From positions 29,690-93,689 of the forward strand of contig JAFXJY010000017.1 of the NCBI GenBank assembly GCA_017531985.1: 64,000 bases of DNA, read 5' to 3'. Shown here piece after piece: positions 36,972 through 46,815 of this stretch (position 1 is its first letter; every line of letters begins with the position of its first letter). Both the position numbers and the translations under genes were made by a program. The notes beneath the pieces were generated by a model, which was given only the letters and a program-made list of their open reading frames with translations, searched no databases and was not told the DNA's origin. Source of the stretch: Bacteroidaceae bacterium (GTDB lineage Bacteria; Bacteroidota; Bacteroidia; Bacteroidales; Barnesiellaceae_A).

Positions 36972-39437
36972 ATGAACCGCTTTGCCGATGTGATATTACC
37001 ATTACCGTTGTATCGATATTTTACTTATCGCATACCCGATGAGATGCAAGGACGCTTGCGTCAAGGTCATCGTGTGGTAGTGTCATTTGGGCGGTCGAAA
37101 TTTTATACTGCCATTGTGGTAGCACTGCACGACATGGAGCCGCAGGGTTATGAGGTGAAAGAGATAGCAACGTTGCTTGATGATGAGCCTATTGTGTTGC
37201 GTACGCAATTGAATTTTTGGCAGTGGATAGCCGAGTATTATCTATGTTCGGTAGGCGATGTGTATAAGGCAGCCTTACCATCGGGGCTGAAACTCGAAAG
37301 TGAGACATCGTTGACAATAAACAACGACTACGAGGAGGATGTGGATAATAGACTTACGGAGCGAGAGGCTGTGTTGCTGCAAACTCTTGCCGGTCAAGGT
37401 CGACTTACGGTACAGGAGCTGGAAAAGGCAACAGGATTGCGTAATACCTTGCCGGTGTTGCGGAGGCTTGTTGAGCGAGAGGCTGTGTTTGTCACAGAGC
37501 GGATGCGAGTCAACTATAAGCCTAAGACCGAGGTGTGTGTGCGATTAACTTTCGAGCAAGGCAATCATGAAGCCTTGCGGGCAGCATTTGATCTTGTAGG
37601 GCGAGCCAAACAACAGGAAGTGCTGTTGCTGTCGTTTCTCGATCTGTCGCATTTTATGCAGAAAGGGTGTTATGTAGAGGTGTCGCGTAGTGAGTTGTTG
37701 GCACGAGCCGATGTGTCGCCGGCAGTATTGGCCGGACTGGTCAATAAAGGCGTGATGGAGACATACAAGCGTGAAGTGAGCCGTTTTGTCCCTTTGGTGC
37801 ATCGGAGTGTCGAACTACCCCGGCTCAGCGATGAACAGTCGCGTGCTTTGGGAGAGATATATGGCAGTTTGGGTGATAAATCGGTCTCTTTGTTGCATGG
37901 TGTGACGTCAAGTGGCAAAACTGAAATATATATCCACATTATAAATAATATCTTACAGCAAGGTAGACAAGTGCTGTACCTTGTTCCCGAAATAGCACTG
38001 ACCACACAACTTACCGAGCGGTTGCAGCGTGTCTTTGGTGATAAGTTGCTGATATATCATTCTCGATTTTCGGACAATGAGCGGGTGGAGATATGGTATA
38101 AAATGCTGCGAAGTCGTGAGCCGAGAGTGGTGCTGGGGGTTAGATCGTCGGTTTTTCTTCCCTTTCACGACATGGGATTTGTGATAGTTGATGAGGAGCA
38201 TGAACCCAGTTACAAGCAATACGATCCGGCACCCCGTTATCATGCACGCAGTGCGGCCATCGTCTTGGCAGGAATGTATGGGGCTAAGGTGTTGCTTGGC
38301 TCGGCAACTCCGTCGATTGAGAGCTATTACAATGCACTGACCGGTAAGTATGGACTGGTGGAGTTGTTGGTGCGATATTCCAATAATCCCCTTCCCGACG
38401 TACGAACCATCGACATGCGAGAGCAACGTCGTCGCCGACAAGTAAAGGGGAATTTTTCCCAAGCTCTGATAGATGCAATGCAAGGGGCATTGAAGCGAGA
38501 AGAACAGATTATTTTGTTTCAGAATCGCCGCGGTTTTGCTCCTATGGTTGAGTGTCGCGAGTGTGCTTGGATACCTAAGTGTACGCAGTGCGATGTGAGT
38601 CTTACTTACCACAAGCGTGACAATCGTCTGGTTTGTCACTATTGCGGATATTCGTGTGAGATACCTCATGTATGTCCGGCATGTCTGCAAGCGACTATTG
38701 AGGTGCGTGGATTTGGAACGGAACGAATAGAAGAGGATGTCGAAGAGATGTTTCCCGATGTAAAGATGGCACGTATGGACTTGGATACTACTCGTTCTCG
38801 TAATGCTTATCAAGAGATTATTGACGATTTTGCCTCGGGTAAGAGTAAAATACTGGTAGGAACGCAGATGGTAACCAAGGGTCTTGATTTTGACCGCGTA
38901 AGTGTAGTGGGAATACTTAGTGCCGATACGATGCTTTCCTTCCCCGATTTCAGAGCCTATGAGCGGGCTTTTCAGATGATGTCGCAAGTGGCAGGTCGCT
39001 CGGGGCGAGGCAAAAGCCGGGGCGAGGTATTGTTGCAAACATCTCAACCCGAACTACCTATTATCGGTCAAGTTATAGCTCACGATTACATCGGTATGTA
39101 TCAAGAGCAGATACTCCAACGTCAGCAATTTGGTTATCCTCCATTTACACGCCTTGTGTACATCTACTTGAAGCATCGCGATGAGGCAGTTCTCGATACA
39201 TTGTCGCAGCAATATGCAACACTGCTTCGTAAAGTGTTTGGCGAGCGAGTGTTGGGACCCGATAATCCACCTGTGGCACGCATACAGTCGTTATACATTC
39301 GCAAGATAATGCTTAAAGTAGAGATAGCAGCATCCATGTCGCAAGTGAAAGACTTGCTAAGAAAGATATACGAAAATTCACTTGCCGATTCACGATTTAA
39401 GCAACTCGTGCTTTATTACGATGTAGACCCCATGTAG
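36972..39437 (+). CDS. priA: Primosomal protein N' (replication restart helicase PriA)
   Basis: Walker A GVTSSGKTE, DEAH-like VDEEHE, and Cys-rich zinc region CRECAW..C.QCD...CHYCG...CP.C. The ORF opens at TTG 36948; the first ATG is at 36972. Confidence 0.93.
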   Translation: MNRFADVILPLPLYRYFTYRIPDEMQGRLRQGHRVVVSFGRSKFYTAIVVALHDMEPQGYEVKEIATLLDDEPIVLRTQLNFWQWIAEYYLCSVGDVYKAALPSGLKLESETSLTINNDYEEDVDNRLTEREAVLLQTLAGQGRLTVQELEKATGLRNTLPVLRRLVEREAVFVTERMRVNYKPKTEVCVRLTFEQGNHEALRAAFDLVGRAKQQEVLLLSFLDLSHFMQKGCYVEVSRSELLARADVSPAVLAGLVNKGVMETYKREVSRFVPLVHRSVELPRLSDEQSRALGEIYGSLGDKSVSLLHGVTSSGKTEIYIHIINNILQQGRQVLYLVPEIALTTQLTERLQRVFGDKLLIYHSRFSDNERVEIWYKMLRSREPRVVLGVRSSVFLPFHDMGFVIVDEEHEPSYKQYDPAPRYHARSAAIVLAGMYGAKVLLGSATPSIESYYNALTGKYGLVELLVRYSNNPLPDVRTIDMREQRRRRQVKGNFSQALIDAMQGALKREEQIILFQNRRGFAPMVECRECAWIPKCTQCDVSLTYHKRDNRLVCHYCGYSCEIPHVCPACLQATIEVRGFGTERIEEDVEEMFPDVKMARMDLDTTRSRNAYQEIIDDFASGKSKILVGTQMVTKGLDFDRVSVVGILSADTMLSFPDFRAYERAFQMMSQVAGRSGRGKSRGEVLLQTSQPELPIIGQVIAHDYIGMYQEQILQRQQFGYPPFTRLVYIYLKHRDEAVLDTLSQQYATLLRKVFGERVLGPDNPPVARIQSLYIRKIMLKVEIAASMSQVKDLLRKIYENSLADSRFKQLVLYYDVDPM

Positions 39438-39533
39438 CCTGATAGGCTGAGAGTTGCCGCAAAGAGTGTGGTAGGCAATAAAATAGCTACTGCTTACGTT
39501 ACTATTGTGTACATTATTTAATAGAGTTTTGCT

Positions 39534-40694
39534 ATGCACTTTTTTTATTTCAATAGTCGTATAGGTAAATATATATTCTTTGCCGTAGCAGTCATTCTTG
39601 TAGGTGGTTCGCTGTGGATATCTAACAATCTTGTTCGCAAGTTGGAAAAAGAAGAGCGTAACAAGATGGAAATATGGGCAGCAGCGACGAGTGAGCTTGC
39701 CACAATGACCTCTGATGCCGATATCGAACTGATACTCTCAATCATACGAAGCAATACCACTATCCCCGTTATAGTGGTAGACGAAAATGATGAGATAACG
39801 CAGTACTCAAACATTTCAATCAATTCGACCGATACCGTTGGTTATTTGTCGCGTAAGTTGGCGTCGTTTCGTGATAACGGCTCATCTATTGCCATTGACT
39901 TGGGTGACAATATGACCCAGATGCTATATTATGAAGATTCTATCCTTTTGCGGCAGCTCTCATATTTCCCCTATATACAACTGTTGGTACTTATAGTCTT
40001 TGCCATCATAGCTTATATAGGGTTGATTAGTGTCAAGCGTGCCGAGCAGAATAAAGTGTGGGTAGGACTTTCCAAGGAGACAGCCCATCAGTTGGGTACA
40101 CCTATATCATCGTTGATGGCATGGATTGAATTGTTGAAAATCAATGATGATGTAGACCAAAGCATTGTGGCAGACATGGATAAGGATGTGAAACGCTTGT
40201 CGATTATTGCCGACCGTTTTTCCAAGATAGGTTCAGTACCCGACAAAGAGTTGGTCTATGTCAACGAGCTGTTGGAGGATACTTGCGATTATATGAGTAC
40301 TCGCATCTCCAACAAGGTGAGTCTCCGCTTGCACATGCCCGATGATGCCGAGGGTGTGATGTTGTGTCGCTCGCTTGTCGAATGGGTTATTGAAAATCTC
40401 TGTAAAAATGCCGTCGATGCCATGGGCGGTGAAGGCGTTATCGATGTAACCTTGTCATCGAGTCGTAAGCAGGTCTACATTGACGTTACCGATAGTGGGA
40501 AGGGAATAGCACGAAAGGACTTTGACAATGTGTTTAAGCCCGGCTATACGACCAAGAAACGAGGTTGGGGGCTGGGGCTTACGTTGGCACGACGCATTAT
40601 ACAGGAGTATCACAATGGACAGATTTATGTCAAAGATTCGGACCCCGGTGTGGGTACAACCTTCCGCATAGAACTACCCAAGATAGTCATTTAG
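39534..40694 (+). CDS. Sensor histidine kinase (orphan, two TM segments)
   Basis: H-box ETAHQLGTPISSL; N/G boxes (NLCKNAVDAM, DSGKGI, GWGLGL). No adjacent response regulator. Confidence 0.85.
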   Translation: MHFFYFNSRIGKYIFFAVAVILVGGSLWISNNLVRKLEKEERNKMEIWAAATSELATMTSDADIELILSIIRSNTTIPVIVVDENDEITQYSNISINSTDTVGYLSRKLASFRDNGSSIAIDLGDNMTQMLYYEDSILLRQLSYFPYIQLLVLIVFAIIAYIGLISVKRAEQNKVWVGLSKETAHQLGTPISSLMAWIELLKINDDVDQSIVADMDKDVKRLSIIADRFSKIGSVPDKELVYVNELLEDTCDYMSTRISNKVSLRLHMPDDAEGVMLCRSLVEWVIENLCKNAVDAMGGEGVIDVTLSSSRKQVYIDVTDSGKGIARKDFDNVFKPGYTTKKRGWGLGLTLARRIIQEYHNGQIYVKDSDPGVGTTFRIELPKIVI

Positions 40695-40855
40695 CTCCGA
40701 TGTCGGGAAAATCCTCTTTGACGCTCTATCTATTCACTATATAAGTATCCCATAGTAATCATTAAAAACACACCCCCCCGCGGGTGTGGAGTTATTGCAT
40801 ATACATTATTATAAAGTTATTGCATTGATAGAGAATGAAAAAATATTAAAAAATA

Positions 40856-40886
40856 TTTGTCTTGTAAAATAAAAACACTACCTTTG
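40856..40886 (+). promoter_or_regulatory. Promoter of the rplM-rpsI operon (-33 TTTG, -7 TACCTTTG)
   Basis: TTTG at 40856..40859 and TACCTTTG at 40879..40886, 19-bp spacing, leaving a leader of about 100 nt. Confidence 0.6.
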
Positions 40887-40998
40887 CAGTCCGATTATTA
40901 GCCAAATAAGACAGTAAAGCACGCGAATTGTTCTTCCTTTGGCCGGGAAGATAATAAGTGGGCAGTATTAAGTAACTAATTATTAAAACTTTAAAGCA

Positions 40999-41454
40999 GT
41001 GAACACTTTAAGTTATAAGACCGTATCAGCCAACAAGGCTACAGTAACCAAAGAATGGGTGGTAGTAGATGCTACCGACCAAGTATTGGGTCGTCTTGCA
41101 AGTAAAGTTGCCAAAATTTTGCGTGGCAAATACAAACCCAACTACACTCCCCACGTAGATTGTGGAGACAATGTAATCATTATCAATGCCGACAAAATTG
41201 TACTTACCGGCAAGAAAATGACAGACAAAGAGTATATCGACTTTACCGGCTATCCCGGTGGTCAACGTTTCAAATCGCCTGCCGACTTGATGGCTAAGGG
41301 TGCCGACCGCCTTGTACTCCGCGTAGTGAAGGGTATGCTTCCCAAAAATAAACTCGGTGCACAATTGTTGCGTAACCTCCGTGTGTATGGCGGTGCCGAG
41401 CATGAGCATGCTGCTCAAAATCCCCGAATTATAGATATTAACCTCTACAAGTAA
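40999..41454 (+). CDS. rplM: 50S ribosomal protein L13
   Basis: 151 aa. W.VVDA..Q.LGRLAS.VA..LRGK.KP.YTPH. Apparent GTG start. Confidence 0.95.
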   Translation: MNTLSYKTVSANKATVTKEWVVVDATDQVLGRLASKVAKILRGKYKPNYTPHVDCGDNVIIINADKIVLTGKKMTDKEYIDFTGYPGGQRFKSPADLMAKGADRLVLRVVKGMLPKNKLGAQLLRNLRVYGGAEHEHAAQNPRIIDINLYK

Positions 41455-41460
41455 TATAAT

Positions 41461-41853
41461 ATGTATCTTCTCGAAAAAGCTGTAGTAGGCCGTCGTAAAG
41501 CAGCCGTAGCTCGCGTATTTATCAAAGAGGGTAATGGTACTATCACCATCAACAAACGCGACTTGACTAATTATTTCCCCTCGTCGATACTGCAATATGT
41601 TGTAAAACAACCCCTCGCTACACTCGGTGTGGTTGAGAAATATGATATCTTGGTTAACCTCAATGGTGGTGGTTACAAAGGTCAAGCTGAGGCTCTCCGT
41701 CTCGCTATCGCTCGTGCATTGGTAGCCTTGAACCCCGAAGACAAAGCAATTCTCCGTCGTGAAGGCTTCATGACTCGTGACCCCCGTGCTGTTGAACGTA
41801 AGAAACCGGGTCGTCCCAAAGCTCGTAAACGCTTCCAATTCAGCAAACGTTAA
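41461..41853 (+). CDS. rpsI: 30S ribosomal protein S9
   Basis: 130 aa. GRRK.AVARV...G.G.I.IN; C-terminus KARKRFQFSKR. Confidence 0.95.
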   Translation: MYLLEKAVVGRRKAAVARVFIKEGNGTITINKRDLTNYFPSSILQYVVKQPLATLGVVEKYDILVNLNGGGYKGQAEALRLAIARALVALNPEDKAILRREGFMTRDPRAVERKKPGRPKARKRFQFSKR

Positions 41854-41993
41854 TCTATTTGTAAGCTCAGGGCGACAAGTAAAAGAACGTTTAGTATCCA
41901 AATTGCCGCGACTTGGCTCGCTGCTTGATGTAGCGGCTTAACTACCCGGCAATTGTAATAGTAGAATGTAAACGAAAAAAATAGTAAAGAAAA

Positions 41994-42809
41994 ATGGCTC
42001 TTACATCATTTGAACAACTTCTCGAAGCAGGTGTACACTTCGGTCACCTCACAAGAAAGTGGAATCCCGCTATGGCTCCTTATATCTTCATGGAGCGTAA
42101 TGGCATTCACATCATCGACTTGTATAAAACAGTAGCAAAAATCGACGAGGCAGCTGCTGCCTTGAAGTCGATTGCCAAATCGGGCAAAAAAGTACTTTTT
42201 GTTGCTACTAAGAAACAGGCTAAGCAAGTTATTGCCGACAAAGCTACTTCGATCAACATGCCCTATGTTATCGAGCGTTGGCCCGGTGGTATGCTCACCA
42301 ACTTCCCCACTATCCGTAAGGCAGTGAAGAAGATGACCACCATCGACAAGATGACTAAGGATGGCACTTTCGATAACCTTTCAAAACGCGAAAAACTCCA
42401 AATAACTCGTCAACGTGCTAAGCTCGAAAAAACTCTCGGTAGTATTGCCGACTTGAGCCGCCTTCCTGCCGCGTTGTTTGTTGTTGACGTTCTTAAAGAG
42501 CAAATCGCAGTACGCGAGGCCAACCGTCTGGGTATCCCCGTATTTGCAATGGTCGATACAAACTCTGATCCTTCAAACATCGACTTCGTAATTCCCGCCA
42601 ACGATGACGCTTCAAAATCGATAGAGGTTATCCTCGATGCATTGTGTGGTGCTATGGCTGAGGGTATCGAAGAACGCAAAGTGGAGATGGTCGATAAGGA
42701 GGTTGATGAGACTGCTGCTCCCAAGCGTGAACGTAAAGCTCGCATTCCTCGTCGCAAAGCCGACGACAAAGAAGAGGTTGCTGAAAAGAATACCGAAAAC
42801 GAAGAGTAA
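41994..42809 (+). CDS. rpsB: 30S ribosomal protein S2
   Basis: 271 aa. LLEAGVHFGH..R.WNP.M.PYIF; charged C-terminal extension. Confidence 0.95.
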   Translation: MALTSFEQLLEAGVHFGHLTRKWNPAMAPYIFMERNGIHIIDLYKTVAKIDEAAAALKSIAKSGKKVLFVATKKQAKQVIADKATSINMPYVIERWPGGMLTNFPTIRKAVKKMTTIDKMTKDGTFDNLSKREKLQITRQRAKLEKTLGSIADLSRLPAALFVVDVLKEQIAVREANRLGIPVFAMVDTNSDPSNIDFVIPANDDASKSIEVILDALCGAMAEGIEERKVEMVDKEVDETAAPKRERKARIPRRKADDKEEVAEKNTENEE

Positions 42810-42901
42810 TCAATCTCATACACAAGAGCGATCCTTTGATACATAACAAGGCACGCTCTTTGTTTTTTATACCGAATATTAACTACTAAAATAATACTAC
42901 T

Positions 42902-43891
42902 ATGGCAGTAACAATGGCAGAAATCAGCAAGCTCCGCCAACTTACCGGAGCCGGCATGATGGATTGCAAAAAAGCATTACAAGAAGCTGACGGCGATATC
43001 GAAGCCGCAAAAGAAATAATCCGTAAAAAAGGACAAGCTGTTGCAGCTAAGCGTGAAGACCGTGAAGCTGCCGAAGGTTGTGTTCTTGCTAAGGCTGACG
43101 GCGGCTATGCTGCTATCGTTGCCTTGAAATGCGAAACTGACTTCGTTGCCAACAACGAGTCGTTCGTTGCCTTGACCAACCGTATCCTCAATGCAGTAAT
43201 GGAGGCTAAACCCAAAACTCGTGAGGAAGTACTCGCTCTTACTATTGACGGTGTAGAGGTTGCTACTCTTATTACCGATGAGATAGGTAAGACTGGTGAG
43301 AAGATGGAACTCGGCGACTTTAACTATATAGAGGCTGAACATACCGTAGTTTACAACCACCAAAACAAGAACCAACTCTGTGCTATCGTAGGTCTTAACA
43401 AGGTGAACGATGAGGCCGGTAAGCGTGTAGCTATGCAAATTGCCGCTATGAACCCCATCGCTATCGATGAGGATGGTGTATCGGAGGATATCAAGAATTC
43501 CGAAATTGCAGTGGCTGTTGAAAAGACTAAGGCTGAACAAGTACAAAAGGCTGTTGAAGTAGCTTTGAAGAAAGCCGGTATCAACCCTGCTCACGTTGAC
43601 TCGGAAGACCACATGGAGAGCAACATGGCTAAGGGTTGGATTACAGCCGAAGAGGTTGCCAAGGCTAAGGAGATTATCGCCACCGTATCGGCTGAGAAGG
43701 CTGCCAACCTTCCTGAGGCTATGATTCAAAACATCGCCAAGGGTCGTCTCGGCAAGTTCTTGAAGGAAGTTTGCTTGCTCAACCAAGAAGACATCATGGA
43801 GGCTAAGAAGTCGGTTCGCGATGTTCTCAAAGAGATGGATGCCGACTTGAAGGTAGTAGCTTTCAAGCGTTTCACTCTTCGTGCTGAGTAA
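42902..43891 (+). CDS. tsf: Translation elongation factor Ts
   Basis: 329 aa. ISKLRQLTGAGMMDCKKAL N-terminal UBA-like motif. Follows rpsB. Confidence 0.95.
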   Translation: MAVTMAEISKLRQLTGAGMMDCKKALQEADGDIEAAKEIIRKKGQAVAAKREDREAAEGCVLAKADGGYAAIVALKCETDFVANNESFVALTNRILNAVMEAKPKTREEVLALTIDGVEVATLITDEIGKTGEKMELGDFNYIEAEHTVVYNHQNKNQLCAIVGLNKVNDEAGKRVAMQIAAMNPIAIDEDGVSEDIKNSEIAVAVEKTKAEQVQKAVEVALKKAGINPAHVDSEDHMESNMAKGWITAEEVAKAKEIIATVSAEKAANLPEAMIQNIAKGRLGKFLKEVCLLNQEDIMEAKKSVRDVLKEMDADLKVVAFKRFTLRAE

Positions 43892-43916
43892 TAACTCCGT
43901 TCATTCTGTTTATAAG

Positions 43917-43954
43917 AATACTGTGTCTCAGTTGTGGGATGCAGTATTTTTTTT
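43917..43954 (+). terminator. Rho-independent terminator of rpsB-tsf
   Basis: Stem aatactg / cagtatt followed by an 8-T run. Confidence 0.7.
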
Positions 43955-44270
43955 GTATATATGTGCCGATGGGTAGAATCTTAATTATAAATTTAGGGTG
44001 CTATAAGTGGTGTAATGAAAAAATTACTAATTTTGTGCTTGCAAACTAATAAAGGAGTTTAATAGTTTGCCACGACAGACATAATAACAAAAGCATTAGC
44101 TTGTATTCTTGTTTCAGAAAATTCGCCAAAATTTAAAGAAGCAATCAAGGGTAAAAGTTGATGCTCACAGTGTATACTGTGGGCTTTTACTCATATATGA
44201 TTGCAAGGTGTTTGGCGATACCTCTGAAACGTAGATGAAAGGAAAGTCCACTTTTTCTATACACTGAGGT

Positions 44271-44477
44271 ATGTATCATGCAGGTCAAATAATAAAAGAA
44301 GCATTGCATCGGAAAGGCAGAACGGTGACATGGTTTGCCGAGAGGATGTGCTGTACGCGTACCCATGCACATAAAATGTTCCGCAAGAAAAATCTGGATA
44401 TAGATATTATGTGGCGAGCTTCGCTTGTGTTGGAGTGTGATCTCTTTGCAGCAATGTCGCAAAGACTTCCGTTGTGA
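44271..44477 (+). CDS. Small helix-turn-helix (XRE-like) DNA-binding protein
   Basis: 68 aa. The pattern G.IIKE.L...GR.V.WFA..MCC.RT...K.F.K..LD.D...R.S..LE.D.F resembles small Bacteroidales HTH proteins; this is recalled, not searched. Confidence 0.5.
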   Translation: MYHAGQIIKEALHRKGRTVTWFAERMCCTRTHAHKMFRKKNLDIDIMWRASLVLECDLFAAMSQRLPL

Positions 44478-44559
44478 AGCGTGCCGCGAGGTGTGTCCTT
44501 ATCGGATACTGTGTCTGTTGTGGAAACGGCTTGGTGAGATAATGTTGTTGTGGTGGTTG

Positions 44560-44567
44560 TATATTTG
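44560..44567 (+). promoter_or_regulatory. -7 promoter box TATATTTG upstream of the small ORF
   Basis: Exact TAnnTTTG match 60 nt upstream of the ATG at 44627. Confidence 0.45.
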
Positions 44568-44626
44568 TCTCAAACTAATAAAAGCAATCCACGAAGCTGT
44601 TAGAGTGGGATAAAAATTTGAGAATT

Positions 44627-44818
44627 ATGAGTATAATTGTAGAAAATGTAATCTCTAAGAAAAATGAAGGTTATTCTTCTTATTATGGTACTGTTGTTGT
44701 AACTGTTCGTAATACAGAGACTGGTGAAGTTAGAACAGCTACTGCTAGTTATAACCCTTCTAAGAGCGAAGCAGTAGCTACGGCGGAAGCAATAGAGGAG
44801 GCTTCTAATAAATTTTGA
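44627..44818 (+). CDS. Small hypothetical protein (63 aa)
   Basis: ORF 44618..44818 with its own promoter box and a strong terminator. A/T-ending codon usage differs from neighbouring genes. No family recognised. Confidence 0.4.
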   Translation: MSIIVENVISKKNEGYSSYYGTVVVTVRNTETGEVRTATASYNPSKSEAVATAEAIEEASNKF

Positions 44819-44864
44819 AAATTTAGTATTGTTCTATAACAATTGAGAGTTTGTAATGAATACG

Positions 44865-44895
44865 AAAAATCCGAGACGAAAATCTCGGATTTTTT
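44865..44895. terminator. Bidirectional Rho-independent terminator (small ORF / glmS)
   Basis: Perfect 12-bp stem aaaaatccgaga / tctcggattttt, with an A-run upstream and a T-run downstream. Confidence 0.85.
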
Positions 44896-44921
44896 GTGTT
44901 GTTATGAAAAGTTGTATAATT

Positions 44922-46766
44922 TCACTCCACCGTAACCGACTTGGCGAGGTTGCGGGGTTGGTCTACGTCTTTGCCTTTGCACACTGCAATGTGATAGGCG
45001 AGTAGTTGCAAGGGGATGGAGGCCAACAGTGGGTATAGGAAGTCGGTTGTTTCGGGTAGTTCTATGACGTAGTCGGCGATTCTCGAAATAACGTCGTCGC
45101 CCTTGATGACGAGTGCTATTACCTTGCCTTGTCGAGCCTTTATCTCTTGAATATTGCTGAGTACTTTTTCGTATAGTTTCTTGTTGGTAGCTAACACGAC
45201 GACAGGCATTTCGGCATCAATCAGGGCGATAGGGCCGTGCTTCATCTCGGCAGCAGGGTAACCCTCGGCATGGATGTATGAGATTTCTTTGAGTTTCAAT
45301 GCACCTTCGAGTGCTACGGGGTAGTTGTATCCGCGGCCTAAATAGATGAAGTTGTGTGCGTAGGTAAATGTACGCGAGAGTGATGCGATGGAGTCGTTCG
45401 ACTTTAAGATTTCTTCTATCTTGTCGGGGATGAGAAGTAGTTCTTGGAGTGCCGATTCGAGATCTTCTTGTGAGATGGTGTTGCGTTCTTTGGCTATGCA
45501 TAGGGCAAGCATGGTGAGGACGGTAACTTGTCCGGTGAAGGCCTTGGTCGAGGCTACACCTATTTCGGGTCCGACGTGTATGTAGGCACCTGTATCGGTG
45601 TTGCGAGCTATTGATGAGCCTACCGAGTTGACAATGCCATAGACGAAAGCACCTCTGTCACGAGCCAATTCGATGGCGGCTAACGTGTCGGCTGTCTCGC
45701 CCGACTGGGAGATGGCTATTACGACATCGTTGTTGTTGATAACGGGGTCGCTGTAACGGAACTCCGATGCGTAGGCAACCTCGACCGGTATGCGACAGAA
45801 GTTTTCTATCAGGTTTTTGCCTATCAGTCCGGCATGCCAAGAAGTGCCACATGCTACGATGATAAATCGATGAGCGTTGATGAGACGTTTGCCGTGGTCG
45901 ATAACCGATGAAAGTCGTATTTCGGTTCCGTCGCTGCTGATGCGGCCTCTCATGCAGTCGAGCAGGCATCGAGGTTGTTCGAAGATTTCTTTGAGCATGA
46001 AGTGCTCGTATCCTCCTTTTTCTATTGCACCGAGGTCGATGTTTATCTCGCTTACTTCATGGTCGACAAGTTCGCCCTGGATGGTGACGCATCGAAGTCC
46101 TTCGTGGCGGTTGATGATGGCTATCTCGTCGTCGTTGAGGTATATGATGCGGTGGGTGTATTCGACCAAGGGTGTGGCATCGGAGGCGAGGAAGTATTCG
46201 TTTTCGCCCAGTCCGATAGCGAGGGGACTCGACTTGCGAGCGGCGATGATTTCGTCGGGATTGTTCTTGTCGAGTACGGCAATGGCATAGGCTCCGATGA
46301 CTTGTTTTAAGGCACGCTGTACAGCCGATAGGAGATTGGACTTGTGTTCTTGTTTGTAATACTCGATAAGTTGTACGAGGACTTCGGTATCTGTCTCACT
46401 GACAAACGAGAAGCCCTTTGCGATGAGTTTCTCTTTCAGAGAGGCGTAGTTCTCAATAATACCATTGTGAATGAGAGAAAGTGTGCCGGATGATGAGAAG
46501 TGGGGATGAGCATTCTCGCGACATGGGATGCCGTGGGTAGCCCATCGGGTGTGTGCTATACCGATTGTACCTGAGTCGTCTTTATCGGTGAGGAAGGATT
46601 CTAAGTCGGCAACTTTTCCTTTTGCTTTATATACATTCAGTTCTCCATGTTCGTTAATCATAGAGACGCCGGCACTATCGTAGCCACGGTATTCAAGTCG
46701 ATGCAAGCCTTTAAGAAGAATGGGGCATGCTTGCTGATGGCCTATATATCCAACAATTCCGCACAT
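44922..46766 (-). CDS. glmS: Glutamine--fructose-6-phosphate aminotransferase (isomerizing)
   Basis: 614 aa. MCGIVGY N-terminal nucleophile, two SIS domains, C-terminus NLAKSVTVE. Confidence 0.97.
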   Translation of the reverse strand: MCGIVGYIGHQQACPILLKGLHRLEYRGYDSAGVSMINEHGELNVYKAKGKVADLESFLTDKDDSGTIGIAHTRWATHGIPCRENAHPHFSSSGTLSLIHNGIIENYASLKEKLIAKGFSFVSETDTEVLVQLIEYYKQEHKSNLLSAVQRALKQVIGAYAIAVLDKNNPDEIIAARKSSPLAIGLGENEYFLASDATPLVEYTHRIIYLNDDEIAIINRHEGLRCVTIQGELVDHEVSEINIDLGAIEKGGYEHFMLKEIFEQPRCLLDCMRGRISSDGTEIRLSSVIDHGKRLINAHRFIIVACGTSWHAGLIGKNLIENFCRIPVEVAYASEFRYSDPVINNNDVVIAISQSGETADTLAAIELARDRGAFVYGIVNSVGSSIARNTDTGAYIHVGPEIGVASTKAFTGQVTVLTMLALCIAKERNTISQEDLESALQELLLIPDKIEEILKSNDSIASLSRTFTYAHNFIYLGRGYNYPVALEGALKLKEISYIHAEGYPAAEMKHGPIALIDAEMPVVVLATNKKLYEKVLSNIQEIKARQGKVIALVIKGDDVISRIADYVIELPETTDFLYPLLASIPLQLLAYHIAVCKGKDVDQPRNLAKSVTVE

Positions 46767-46815
46767 ATTATATAGGTAGTAGATTTAGTTTCAAACTATT
46801 GTGTTCAAATTATTT

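Noticed and set aside
37953-39047. Long antisense ORFs: 364 aa opposite priA. Also 13390..14100 opposite the kinase, 41026..41901 opposite rplM/rpsI, 42977..43786 opposite tsf, 47515..48276 opposite purB, 51027..51713 opposite asnS, 54290..55072 opposite pnp, 57283..57876 opposite the T9SS cargo, and 21089..21754 opposite metA/S4/murI
   Set aside because: Each lies opposite a gene with unmistakable family motifs. Their sequences have odd compositions (rich in H/R/C/L) and no recognisable domains. They are shadow ORFs.
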